From an uncultured delta proteobacterium (lineage in GTDB: Bacteria; Myxococcota_A; Polyangia; Polyangiales; Polyangiaceae), in NCBI GenBank assembly GCA_963841435.1, contig CAWJCS010000003.1, positions 832,001 to 896,000 on the forward strand: a DNA stretch of 64,000 nucleotides, in the 5' to 3' direction. A program made the position numbers and the translations under genes. Positions 22,263 to 31,879 of the stretch are shown piece after piece (the stretch's first letter is position 1; every line of letters starts with the position of its first letter). The notes beneath the pieces were generated by a model. It worked only from the letters and a program-made list of their open reading frames with translations, was not told the origin of the DNA and did not search any database.

Positions 22263-24104
22263 ATGAAGACCGTCGATGAGACCGACGCGGGTGGGCGTCG
22301 GGTGGGCAGGTACGCTATCTACGGCGAGCTTGCGTCCGGCGGCATGGGAACTGTTTACCTTGGCTGTCTGCTCGGAGCGGCGGGGTTCACGAAGACCGTC
22401 GCGATCAAACGCCCACACGATCACCTGGCGAGCGAGCCCGAGTTCATCAGCATGCTGATCGACGAGGCCAAGCTCGTCTCGTCGATTCACCACCCGAACG
22501 TCGTCGGGGCGGTCAACGTGGTCTACGAGGCCGACGAGTTTTTGATCGTGATGGACTACATCGAGGGCGAAACGCTCGGCAGGCTGCTTTCGAACCTGCG
22601 CTCGAACCCCTCGGGGTCGCCGCCCGGCCCGGCCGTGTTCTCGCGGATGTTGTTCGACGCGCTTTCGGGGCTCCACGCGGCCCACACCGCCAAAACGCAC
22701 ACGGGCGCGGCTCTCAACATCGTGCATCGCAACGTCTCGCCCGAGAACATCATGGTCGGCGTCAACGGCATCTCGCGCGTCCTCGACTTCGGAATCGCCA
22801 AGGCCGAGCAAAGCCGAAACAGCACACGGCCGGGGCGCGTCAGGGGGAAGTTCGCGTACATGTCGCCGGAGCAGGTACGCGGCAAACCGGTGGACGCTCG
22901 CGCCGACGTATTCGCGGCGGGCGTCGTGCTCTGGGAGTGCCTGACGATGCGCCGCCTGTTCGCGAGCGACGAAGCGCAGTCCTCGTTCGAGAAGGTGCTC
23001 TCCCTGCCGATCCAGCCACCGAGCGCCTTCGACCCGACGCTCGCGCCCGAGGTCAATCGCGTCGTGATGCGGGCGCTCGCGCGCAATCGGGACGAGCGCT
23101 ACCGCTCTGCAGCGGAGTTCGCCGAGGCCTTGCAGACGACCATCGAGCCCGCGAGCCCCTTCGCCGTGGGACGTTGGGTCGCGGAGAGAGCCAGAGGCAC
23201 GCTCGCCAGGCGCGGCCACCTGCTTCGTGAGGTGGAGGCGACCACCATGAACGACTCGCCCGCCCTCTATACGGAGCGCGGCGGGGCCACCGTCACCGCA
23301 CCCGTTCGGCCACCGGTCGAGCCTGCCTCGCTGTCATCGGACCCCCAGTTCGGCGGCGTTCCAACGGTTTCAATCGGGCCGATCCCGGACATCGGCCCGA
23401 CCCCGGACAGCGGGCCACCCCCGGATATCGGACCCCTCCCAGGTATCGGACCCCTCCCAGGTATCGGACCCCTCCCAGGTATCGGACCCCTCCCAGGTAT
23501 CGGACCCCTCCCAGGTGTCGGGCCCATCGCACAACGACGAGCAAAGTCCCGCTCGCGCACGGTTTTGCTCCTGGCTGCGGCCGCGACGCTCGCCGGATGC
23601 TTGCTCGCGGGCTTCAGGTCCTGGTCGTCCCCGTCGAGCGTCCCGCCCGAAAGCATGGCCCAAACGCGGGTGCTCGGTGCCGTGAACGACCTGCGATTGG
23701 GAAAATCGACGCTGACCGACCCGAGCAGCGATTCGGTGCTCGCTGCCGATGCCGTTTCGTTCGACGCGCTGAAAACCGCTGCGTCCACGCCGAGCGATCG
23801 CCGCGAAACCGACACCGAGGCCGCGCCCGTCTTCACGCCATCGGAGCTCGGGCCAGCGACGAACGAGCCCGCGACTCCGTCGCGACCGAAAGGCGCCACC
23901 GAGGTCGATCGCCAGCGATCGCCGACGCGTGCCGAACCGGCTTCGACGACCGTTGTGTCCCTGGAGGAGACGGGCAGCGCGCAATCTCCAGCGCTTTCCG
24001 GCGTCGTGGCGGCCCCTGCACCGGCGCCCGCTGCGTCGTGCGACCCCCCCTATTGGATCGACGACCGCGGGATCCGTCGCGTTCGGCGAGAGTGTCTCCG
24101 ATGA
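22263..24104 (+). CDS. membrane Ser/Thr protein kinase-like protein (catalytic HRD replaced by HRN)
   Basis: LASGGMGTVY, VAIK, HPNVV, IVHRNVSPEN, DFG, GKFAYMSPEQ; Pro-rich linker, TM, C-terminal CDPPYWIDDRGIRRVRRECLR. Confidence 0.9.
   Translation: MKTVDETDAGGRRVGRYAIYGELASGGMGTVYLGCLLGAAGFTKTVAIKRPHDHLASEPEFISMLIDEAKLVSSIHHPNVVGAVNVVYEADEFLIVMDYIEGETLGRLLSNLRSNPSGSPPGPAVFSRMLFDALSGLHAAHTAKTHTGAALNIVHRNVSPENIMVGVNGISRVLDFGIAKAEQSRNSTRPGRVRGKFAYMSPEQVRGKPVDARADVFAAGVVLWECLTMRRLFASDEAQSSFEKVLSLPIQPPSAFDPTLAPEVNRVVMRALARNRDERYRSAAEFAEALQTTIEPASPFAVGRWVAERARGTLARRGHLLREVEATTMNDSPALYTERGGATVTAPVRPPVEPASLSSDPQFGGVPTVSIGPIPDIGPTPDSGPPPDIGPLPGIGPLPGIGPLPGIGPLPGIGPLPGVGPIAQRRAKSRSRTVLLLAAAATLAGCLLAGFRSWSSPSSVPPESMAQTRVLGAVNDLRLGKSTLTDPSSDSVLAADAVSFDALKTAASTPSDRRETDTEAAPVFTPSELGPATNEPATPSRPKGATEVDRQRSPTRAEPASTTVVSLEETGSAQSPALSGVVAAPAPAPAASCDPPYWIDDRGIRRVRRECLR
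23426..23515 (+). repeat. 18-bp coding tandem repeat, 5 perfect copies (IGPLPG)
   Basis: TATCGGACCCCTCCCAGG x5, preceded by three degenerate units from about 23373. Confidence 0.95.
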
Positions 24105-25045
24105 GCAAGCCCGTCTTCACGAAAGCCACCCTGTCGGCGTGGATCCGGCCTCGGCGAGGCGGAGCCCACACGAAAGGTTTGGCCGCGATGGCCGCGCTGC
24201 TCGGCGTGGTCGGTCAGCCGCGGGAGGCAGCCGCCGAAACGACGACCGCAACGCCGACGGCCCGTGCGTCCGACCCCGTCACGCGGTGCATCGACGCCTA
24301 CGAAGGGGGCCAGGAGGCGCGCGTCAGTGGCGCCCTGCTCGACGCACGCGAGCGCTTCTCGGAATGTACTTCGCCCGCCTGCCCTGCCTTCGTCCGCAGT
24401 GACTGCACTCGGTTTCTCGGCGAGGTCGAAGCGGAGATTCCGAGCGTATCGTTCGACGTGATGAGCGAAGGCCACCACCTCGAAGTCGTTCGCATTTCGA
24501 GCGGCTCACGAGTGATCGCGGAGCGCACGGACACGAGCCCCCTGGAGCTCGATCCCGGCAGCTATCGACTGCGCTTCGAGGCGGCCGGGACGCGATCGAT
24601 CACGAAGCCGTTCGTCCTCGTGCGTGGGGAAAAGGAGCGTCGTATTCGCGTCGAGCTTTCGCCCCCGCCCCGCCCGGTACCGGTCGTTGCGGAACGTAGG
24701 GCCCCGGACAAGGCGGCGACAGCCGGTCCCGCGCCCTACATCGTTCTCGGCGTGGGAGCGCTCGGGCTCACGAGCTTCGTGGCACTCGGCGTCGTCGGGC
24801 GCGCCGAGGAGTCCCGACTCGCGCGTACGTGCGCCCCGAGCTGCAGCGAGGCGTCGCTCCGGTCGCTCAAGACCAAGTATCTGCTCGCCGACGGGTCGCT
24901 CGCCGTGGGTGTCACTGGCATCCTGTTCGGGGGGTACCTACTCTTTACGTCCGGCAACCGGCCGAGCACGACCGCCCGAGCCTTCCCGGTGCGGCTCGCG
25001 GTGAGCACGAGCGGGGCCTCGGCGAGCGTGAGGAGGGACTTTTGA
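24101..25045 (+). CDS. myxobacterial PEGA-like domain protein (Cys-containing helical N-domain, PEGA-like beta domain, hydrophobic C-terminus)
   Basis: ATGA overlap with the kinase stop; CIDAYEGGQ...ECTSPACPAFVRSDC, LELDPGSYRLRFEA, C-terminal hydrophobic segments ending RRDF. Confidence 0.75.
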   Translation: MSKPVFTKATLSAWIRPRRGGAHTKGLAAMAALLGVVGQPREAAAETTTATPTARASDPVTRCIDAYEGGQEARVSGALLDARERFSECTSPACPAFVRSDCTRFLGEVEAEIPSVSFDVMSEGHHLEVVRISSGSRVIAERTDTSPLELDPGSYRLRFEAAGTRSITKPFVLVRGEKERRIRVELSPPPRPVPVVAERRAPDKAATAGPAPYIVLGVGALGLTSFVALGVVGRAEESRLARTCAPSCSEASLRSLKTKYLLADGSLAVGVTGILFGGYLLFTSGNRPSTTARAFPVRLAVSTSGASASVRRDF

Positions 25046-26428
25046 GGAAGGTCGCCCATTTTCTCGTCGCCGCGGCCGCCTGCGCGAGCGGCTGCTCGCT
25101 GCGCTCGCTCGACTATCTGCAAGGCGACGGGACCGAGAACGTCAACGCCGTCCGCGGGCACGAGCGGAAGCGGCGCAGCCGGCGGCGGGGCCGGGACCGG
25201 CGGCAGCGATAGAGCGGGCGGCTCGGACGCAAGCGGTGGCAGCGATGCAGCAGGTGGCAGCGGTAGTGCGGGCGGATCCAATCCGACGGGTGGAACGGGC
25301 GGTATCCTCGGTGCGGGCGGCACGGACTCGGCGGGGGGGCGGGGCGCGACCGGCGGGTCCGATGCAACCGGGGGTGCCGGCGCTGCGGGCGGCGCAAGCG
25401 GCGCGGGCAGTGGAGCCGGTGCCGGTGGCTCGGCGGCCGGCGGAGCCGCCGGCTCGACGCAGGGTGGCACCGCGGGGATGCCCGCAGGTGCCGGCGGTAT
25501 CGGGACGGGAGGGTCGAGCAGTGGCGGCGCTGGCACCGGAGGGAGCTCGAGCGTCTGCGGGGGTCTCGACCCTTGCCCCCTTCAGAACGAGGTCCCCTAT
25601 CAGCTCATCCCTGGCCATGCCCCCTCGATGTGCGTCAACGTGCGCGCGTGGGGCACGGCCGCCGGAGCACGGGCGCAGCAATTTACCAACAAGGGTCAGC
25701 GCAACCAGGTATTTTGGGCCGAGGATCGCGGCTACAGGTATTTTTCTCTGCGTAGCGCGCTCAGCGCGAAGTGCCTGGGTGTCGCCGGTGCGAGCCTCGA
25801 CCCGGGGGCTTTCATCGAGCAAACGGCGTGCACCGGTGACGCGGCGCAGCTCTTTCGACCGGAGGCGGCAGGAGGTCTCGTGCGCCTGGTCGCCCGACAC
25901 TCCGGCCTCGATCTCAACGTCGCCGGCACGGCCTCGACCGCGGCGAGCGCGCTATTGGTTCAGAACCCGGACGACGGCTTGGCCGACTCGACGTGGGACA
26001 TCGTCCCGGCGACCGAGAGCGCGTTCCTCACGCTCAGCGCCGTCGAGCAGGCGGATCTACGCGCTCGCCACGTCGACGCTCGAGTCGTCGTCGAAGCGGC
26101 GACCGGGCCGGACTCCGAATGGAAGTTCGTGAGCGGCCTCGGCAACACTGCGTGCGTGTCGTTCGAATCGAAGGACGAGCCGGGCCACTTCATGCACCAC
26201 GTGGGGAACGACATTCTGAGTGAAAGCCCGACCGGAAACAGCGAATTTCCGCTCGATGCGACGTTCTGTTTCGTCGATCCGCTGCAGGACTTGGGCGCGG
26301 GCTATCGCTCCATCGAGCCCGCGAACGTGAGCGGAAAGTACCTGGCGCGCGTCAACGGTCGGGTCGTGCTCGCGGCTTTCGAGGATACGGACGCCTTCCG
26401 CGCCGCCGCGACCTGGTCGCTGCGCTGA
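25042..26428 (+). CDS. lipoprotein with Gly-rich linker, ricin-B lectin and AbfB/CBM42-like domains (+1 frameshift near 25130)
   Basis: TTG 25042 LRKVAHFLVAAAACASGC lipobox; removing one G at GACGGGACC joins it to the frame of ORF 25478-26428; ricin-like repeats (MCVNV, NQVF, SAKCLGV, HSGLDLNV) and AbfB-like CVSFES..PGHFMHH...DATF, RSIEP.N..G.YL...F...ATW. Confidence 0.75.
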
Positions 26429-26477
26429 CACACGCCGCGCTCGGCGCGAGCTCGAGATGCCATGGATCCCGGCGGCG

Positions 26478-26828
26478 TCACGACGTGAGCCACATGTGCC
26501 CAGCGACGACGACGAGGAAGACCGCGAAGGCGCGCTCGAGCTCGCGGCTCGGCAGCCGGACGCTGAGCTCGGCGCCGAAGTAGGCCCCCAAGAACAACCC
26601 TAGCGCGATGTAGAGGCCCGCCCGAATGTCGATGGCCCCGTGGACCCAGTAGCGATAGGCGCCGAGGGCCCCGACGGGGAGCAATAGCGCGGCGAGCGAC
26701 GTGCCCATCGCCTCCACCGGGCGCATGTGCGCGAGCACCACCAGCGCCGGAACGATGACGATGCCCCCTCCGATGCCGAACAGCCCGGAGAGGATGCCGG
26801 CCACGATACCGATAGCGACGTACTGCAT
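26478..26828 (-). CDS. TauE/SafE (TSUP) family transporter, half-size
   Basis: GILSGLFGIGGGIVIVPAL...A.GTSLA; about 4 TM, 116 aa. Confidence 0.85.
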   Translation of the reverse strand: MQYVAIGIVAGILSGLFGIGGGIVIVPALVVLAHMRPVEAMGTSLAALLLPVGALGAYRYWVHGAIDIRAGLYIALGLFLGAYFGAELSVRLPSRELERAFAVFLVVVAGHMWLTS

Positions 26829-26866
26829 GAAAGGTTCCTTCCCGTGCAAAGCTTAACGCCTCACGC

Positions 26867-26895
26867 TTGACCGCTCTCGAGCAGGGTGCCACCGT
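26867..26895 (+). promoter_or_regulatory. sigma70-like leaderless promoter (TTGACC-N17-CACCGT)
   Basis: Extended -10 TG present; GTG start 6 nt downstream. Confidence 0.55.
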
Positions 26896-26901
26896 CGGTT
26901 C

Positions 26902-27198
26902 GTGATCGTCGAAATCGCGATTCTGACGGCCAAAGTGGGTGCCACGGACGACCTCCGCGAGGGGCTGCGGGCGGCTCGCCCCGTCATCGCGCGGGCGCCA
27001 GGCTACCTCGGCAGCGCCTTTCACCAGGGCATCGAGGAACCGAATTCGTTCATTCTGCGCATCGAATGGGAATCGCTCGACGCGCACATGCAGGGCTTTC
27101 GCCAGAGCCCGCTGCTCGCCGAGTGGCGCAGCCACTTCTATCACCTGCTCGACGGAAATCCGAAGGTGACCCACTACGAGGTCATCGCCGGTCCTTGA
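26902..27198 (+). CDS. antibiotic biosynthesis monooxygenase (ABM) family protein
   Basis: APGYLG...GIEEPNSFILRIEWESLDAHMQGFRQS. Confidence 0.88.
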   Translation: MIVEIAILTAKVGATDDLREGLRAARPVIARAPGYLGSAFHQGIEEPNSFILRIEWESLDAHMQGFRQSPLLAEWRSHFYHLLDGNPKVTHYEVIAGP

Positions 27199-27267
27199 GC
27201 CCGGACGCTCCGGCGGGTTGCTCTTCCGAGAGCGCCGCTGCGCGTGCCAGCGGCCAGCGCGCCTGGG

Positions 27268-27966
27268 TCACGGCTTGAAGCGATAGCCCACGCCGCGCAC
27301 CGTCACGATGTGCCGAGGGTCGGCGGGATCGCTCTCGAGCTTCGAGCGAAGCTGGAGCACGAAGTTGTCGATGGTACGCAGCGTGACGTGGTGCCCCGGG
27401 CCCCAGACGGCCGTGAGCACTTCTTCGCGTGTGAGGGCGCGGTTCGAGGCTTCGATGAGGCACCAGAGCACGTCGAACTCGGTGGCCGTGAGCTCGACGA
27501 GCGCGCCGTCGCGCCGCACCTCGCGCGTACCGGGATCGACCTCGAGCGCGCCCGTGCGCACGATCTTCTGCCCGCGCTGCCGCACGATGCCGTCGCGTCG
27601 CAAGACGGCTTTCACTCGCGCGAGAAGCTCGGCGAGCCCGAAGGGCTTGGTGATGTAGTCCTCGGCGCCGAGCTCGAGGCCCATCACTTTGTCCATCTCC
27701 TCGCCTCGAGCGCTCAGCATGATGACGGGGATCGTCGTTCCCTCGGCGCGGAGGGCCCGCACCACCTCGAAGCCATTCTTCTTCGGCAGCATGACGTCGA
27801 GCACGACGAGGTCGAAGGGCTCGGAGCGAGCGCGCTCGAGGCCCTCCTCGCCGTCGTTCGCCACGGTGACGGAGTAGCCCTCCGCTTCGAGGTTCATTTG
27901 TAGGCCGAGCGTGATGCTCTCGTCGTCCTCGACGACCAAGATGCTGGGGTGGTGCTCGCCGGACAT
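27268..27966 (-). CDS. OmpR/PhoB-family response regulator
   Basis: ILVVEDD, LDVMLP, GAEDYITKPF, winged helix LTATEFD...RTID...LRSKLE...TVRGVGY. Confidence 0.95.
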   Translation of the reverse strand: MSGEHHPSILVVEDDESITLGLQMNLEAEGYSVTVANDGEEGLERARSEPFDLVVLDVMLPKKNGFEVVRALRAEGTTIPVIMLSARGEEMDKVMGLELGAEDYITKPFGLAELLARVKAVLRRDGIVRQRGQKIVRTGALEVDPGTREVRRDGALVELTATEFDVLWCLIEASNRALTREEVLTAVWGPGHHVTLRTIDNFVLQLRSKLESDPADPRHIVTVRGVGYRFKP

Positions 27967-27975
27967 GTCCGCTGT

Positions 27976-28944
27976 TCAGGCGAGTGTCGACGGCGCGACG
28001 CTCTCGTGGGAGCGCAGAGGCTCGGACTTTGGCGCTGCGGCCGCGGGCAGTACCAGTGAAAACAGGCTGCCTTTGCCGGGATCGCTCACGAGCTCGACGC
28101 GTCCACGATGGGCCCGCATCACGTGTTTGACGATCGCCAAGCCGAGACCCGAGCCTTCGCGCTGGCGTGAAAGGCGATCGTCGAGGCGGTAGAATTTCTG
28201 GAAGATGCGCTTGTGCTCCGTGCTGGGAATGCCGGGGCCGTTGTCGCGCACGGAAACGCTCGCCTCGCGCCCGTCGGCGCCCCAGCCTACTTCGATCTCG
28301 GCGGGGTCGCCGCCGTACTTGTAGGCGTTGGTGAGCAGATTCAAGAGAGCGTCGGTCATGGCGCCGCGGTCGGCGTGCACGAGCAGCGATTCGGGAGGCA
28401 GCGCCACCTTGAGCGCGATCTGCCGGCGCTCGCGCACGGGCTCGAACGCCTCGAGCGCGGCGACGACGATCGAGCGAAGGTCGGTGTCTTTGAGCGTGAA
28501 CTCGCGCCCACCGCTCTCCATGCGACCCCAGTCGAGCAAACGATCGATGAGCTCCTGCAGGCGCGTGCTCTCGCGCGAAAGTCCCTGGATGCACTTCTCG
28601 TCAACCTTGGGGTCGCCACGGTGCATGGCGAGCGTCTCGGCGAACAGGCGAATCGACGTGAGCGGCGTGCGAAGCTCGTGCGAGACCTTGGAAACGAAGT
28701 CGCTCTGCAACCGAGATAGGTTCGCCTCGCGCCGCACGAACACCCACACGAGCACGACGCCCGTGACCGCGGCGCCGCTCAGCGCGAGCACGAGAATGCC
28801 CATGAGCACGTTCCAGGCGGCTTCGCCGATGAACAGGAGCACCACGCCCAGCGCGAGCAAGAGCGACGTGGGCACGACCACCAGCGTGAGCAGCAGGATC
28901 ACGATACGGCGGTAGCCGTGCGCGGAGAGGTCACGAGAGGGCAT
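27976..28944 (-). CDS. sensor histidine kinase (2 TM, very short loop)
   Basis: VSHELRTPL, NLLTNAYKY, DNGPGI, GSGLGLAI. Confidence 0.95.
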   Translation of the reverse strand: MPSRDLSAHGYRRIVILLLTLVVVPTSLLLALGVVLLFIGEAAWNVLMGILVLALSGAAVTGVVLVWVFVRREANLSRLQSDFVSKVSHELRTPLTSIRLFAETLAMHRGDPKVDEKCIQGLSRESTRLQELIDRLLDWGRMESGGREFTLKDTDLRSIVVAALEAFEPVRERRQIALKVALPPESLLVHADRGAMTDALLNLLTNAYKYGGDPAEIEVGWGADGREASVSVRDNGPGIPSTEHKRIFQKFYRLDDRLSRQREGSGLGLAIVKHVMRAHRGRVELVSDPGKGSLFSLVLPAAAAPKSEPLRSHESVAPSTLA

Positions 28945-28993
28945 CGACCGGCGACTCTTCGGCCCATTGTGCCAAAAAGCCGACCGGGTGCAC

Positions 28994-31007
28994 TCAGCCT
29001 CCGAGCTCGATGAGCGCCCGCAGGGCCTCGGCGACGGCCGTGGCCTGGGCCGGGCTGCCCCGGGGCCGAAACGGAGGGTCGCCGTCCGAGAGCTGGGGCA
29101 GGTGCCCGAGCAAGGGCGCCTGGTCCACCGCTTGCTCGAATCCGCCGCACGAGCTCCTCACGCCCCTCGGGCTCGTCACCCCAGTGCTGGCGAGCCGCGC
29201 GGGCGTACGAGCCGAGTAGGTGCGTCCAGCTCGTGCCCTGGTGATACGCGGTCTCGCGCTCCTCGGTGCTGCCCCCGAAGTGGCCGACGTAGCGCCGATC
29301 GTTCGGCGCGAGGCTGCGGACCCCCGCGGGCGTGAGCAGCTCGGCGCGCGCGCGCTGCAGGATGGTCTCCGCCTGCCAGGTTTCGAACAGCGTCGGATCG
29401 GTGGCGAGCGCAATCAGCGCGTTCGGGCGAATGCTCGCGTCGGCCCACGCGTCGGCGCGGTCGCGTGCCTCGCTCAGGCAATCGTAGGGATACTCGGTGT
29501 CGCTGCACCAGAAGCGCGCGCGGAAGGCGCTGCGTGCCTGCGCGGCCGACTGCGTCGCGCGGGCCGACAGCGCCAGGTGACCGTAGAAGCTCGCGAGCGT
29601 CGCGAGCGTGTCGCAAGCGCGGGTCCAGAGCGCCTGGTGCTCGATGGCGATACCGGCGCGCTGGGTCACGGGCTGCCCTGCGAACGCGGCGTCCATCCAC
29701 GTGAGCGCAAGGCCGGTGGCGTCGGTGACGAGCAAGCCGTCCGCTGCACGCCAGACCCAGCGCCGTCGCCGCGAGCCGAGACGCAGGAACGCACGCGCCA
29801 GCGCCGGGAAGAGCTTGCGTCGGATGAAGGGCTCCTGCGGGTCGCTGCGCGCGAGCAGAAGCCGCGCCGCCTCGAACAACCAGAGCGTGGCATCGGGGCA
29901 CGGTCGAGCCCGGGGGCTACCGCGCGGCGTGACGACGCCCGGCAGGAGGCCGAAGCGCTGGCGCTCGACGACGGTGCCGAGCACGCGCTCCGCGCGCCCG
30001 GTGTGCCCGCGAAGCAGCAAAAGGCCCGGCAACGCCACGAGCAGATCGCGCACGTGCAGGGCGTGCGCCGGGTAACCCGCCGCGATGACGGGCGGCGCCA
30101 CACCGTCGAGGCAAAACTGCTCCGCCGCGATCGAGAGCACGCGCACGGCCGACGAGCGCGTCGGCCCCGGATCCTGACGGCGCAAAAACTCGATGGTTTC
30201 GGCGACAACGTCGGCCGGAGCCCGGCCGAGCGGCGCGCCGACCGAGCAGGCAACATAGGCCGTCTTACCGGGCTCGAGCGCGAGCTCGAACGTGCCCGGC
30301 GTCCAGATGTCTTCCTGGAACTCGAGCCCCTCGGCGCGGTCCCCGAGGTACTCGAATTTGCGCCACCAGTCGGGCGATCCCATGAACACACCCTCGTGCG
30401 TGAAGTGGATCGAGGGCAAATGCACGATCGGACGAAGCTCCACCGACCCCGGGCGCAGCGTCACGACCTGCATCATGCCGCCGTGCTCTTTCACGAGGGC
30501 GTCGATGGGCCTGAGCGGCATCAGCGGCCGGAGGGCTAGCCGCGCCGGGGTGCGGCCGTACCAGGTGTAGGCCAGCACCGCAGCGTTCTTGCGGCGCTCG
30601 AGGCAGAACGTACGCTCGAGGGTGTGCTGGCCCAGCCGGAAGGTCCAGCGCGGGATGGGATCGAGCGCGAAGTACTCGATCAGCCGGTAGCCGAGCGTCG
30701 GGGCGACGTTCGGGAACTGGTGGGTAGCGAGCCGGTAGGTGCGGCGATCGTCCTCCACGGTGAGGCTCGTGTCGGCGTGCCCGATGATCGCGTAGCGGCC
30801 GAGCGGCGGCTCGAGCGCGGCGACGAACGCGGCGTGGTAGCGCCGCGTGTGGAGCAGCGGCACCGTGCTCATCGAGTAAGCGCCGGCGCCGTTGGTGTGC
30901 AGCCATTCGCGCTCCAACGGCGCGAGCTCGCCGAGCGTCGGCACCACGGGCCAAGGTCCGCCGCGCGACGCCCGCCACTCCGTCCGCTCCCGCTCGCGGC
31001 CCTTCAC
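28994..31007 (-). CDS. glycogen debranching enzyme / amylo-alpha-1,6-glucosidase homolog (+1 frameshift near 29139)
   Basis: REWLHTNGAGAY..TRRYH N-domain, LTWMDA, RPNALIAL, LLTPAGVRSL, AYHQGT; C-terminus continues in ORF 28994-29413 (EQAVDQAPLLGHLPQLSDGDPP...AQA); GTGA overlap with the aroE stop. Confidence 0.8.
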
Positions 31008-31879
31008 ACTGCCCTCGCGGCGAGCGCTTGCACTGCGGCCTCTTGCATCGCGGCGCGGGGCGCGGGGCGCCCGAACCAAAGCTCGAACGCGAGCGCAGCC
31101 TGCCCGACGAGCATGCCGAGCCCGCCGCTCGCCGTGAGACCCGCCGCGCGAGCGCGGCTCAGAAACGGCGTTTGCGCGGGGTTGTAGACGAGATCGTAGA
31201 CCCGGACGCCTCGCCGCAAGCGTTCCCAGGGCACGATGCGCGCCACGTCTTCGCCCGCGCCGGCGCCGTGCATCCCCGCGCTCGTCGCCTGGATGAGCAC
31301 GCTGGCATGCGAGGCGAAGGCACCGAGCGCCCCCACGCCGTCCCCCCACGAGAGCAGCTCGGCGCCGAGCCGCACGAGCACTGTCGCATTCGGCCAGGCT
31401 GCCGGGACGAGCGCCGCGTCGAATCGCCGCGCCGAAACGCCGATGGCGGAGGCACCGAGCAATCGCGCCGCGGCGACGGCCGCGAGCGCGGCGCCGCCCG
31501 CTCCGAGCACGAGCGCATCACCTTCCGCGGGCGCGAGCGCCGCGAGCTCGGCGGCGAGCGCCGCGACGTCGGTATTGTGCGCGACGACACGTCCCGCCGC
31601 GTCGCGCACGAGCACGTTCGCCGCGCCGACGGCGGCAGCCGATTCGTGTTGCTCGTCGGCGAGCGAAAGCGCCGTTTGCTTCCAGGGCACGGTCACGTTC
31701 GCGCCGACGAAGCGTCCGTCTCGGACGGCCTGCACGGCCGCGCGCACGGCGGCCTCGTCCGGAGCGTCGACGAGCTCGTACTCGGCGGCGAGACCGACGT
31801 TCGCGTAGGCGGCGCGGTGGATCGCGGGCGAGATCGAGTGCGCAACGGGGTGCCCGATCAAGACGAAGCGCTGGCTCAC
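31004..31879 (-). CDS. aroE: shikimate dehydrogenase
   Basis: GHPVAHSISPAIH, GANVTVPWK, HNTD, GAGGAA, DLVYNP, GLGMLVGQA. Confidence 0.92.
   Translation of the reverse strand: MSQRFVLIGHPVAHSISPAIHRAAYANVGLAAEYELVDAPDEAAVRAAVQAVRDGRFVGANVTVPWKQTALSLADEQHESAAAVGAANVLVRDAAGRVVAHNTDVAALAAELAALAPAEGDALVLGAGGAALAAVAAARLLGASAIGVSARRFDAALVPAAWPNATVLVRLGAELLSWGDGVGALGAFASHASVLIQATSAGMHGAGAGEDVARIVPWERLRRGVRVYDLVYNPAQTPFLSRARAAGLTASGGLGMLVGQAALAFELWFGRPAPRAAMQEAAVQALAARAV

Noticed and set aside
23426..23515. Perfect direct repeats resembling a CRISPR array
   Set aside because: 18-bp units are contiguous with no spacers, lie in frame within a CDS, and no cas genes are present
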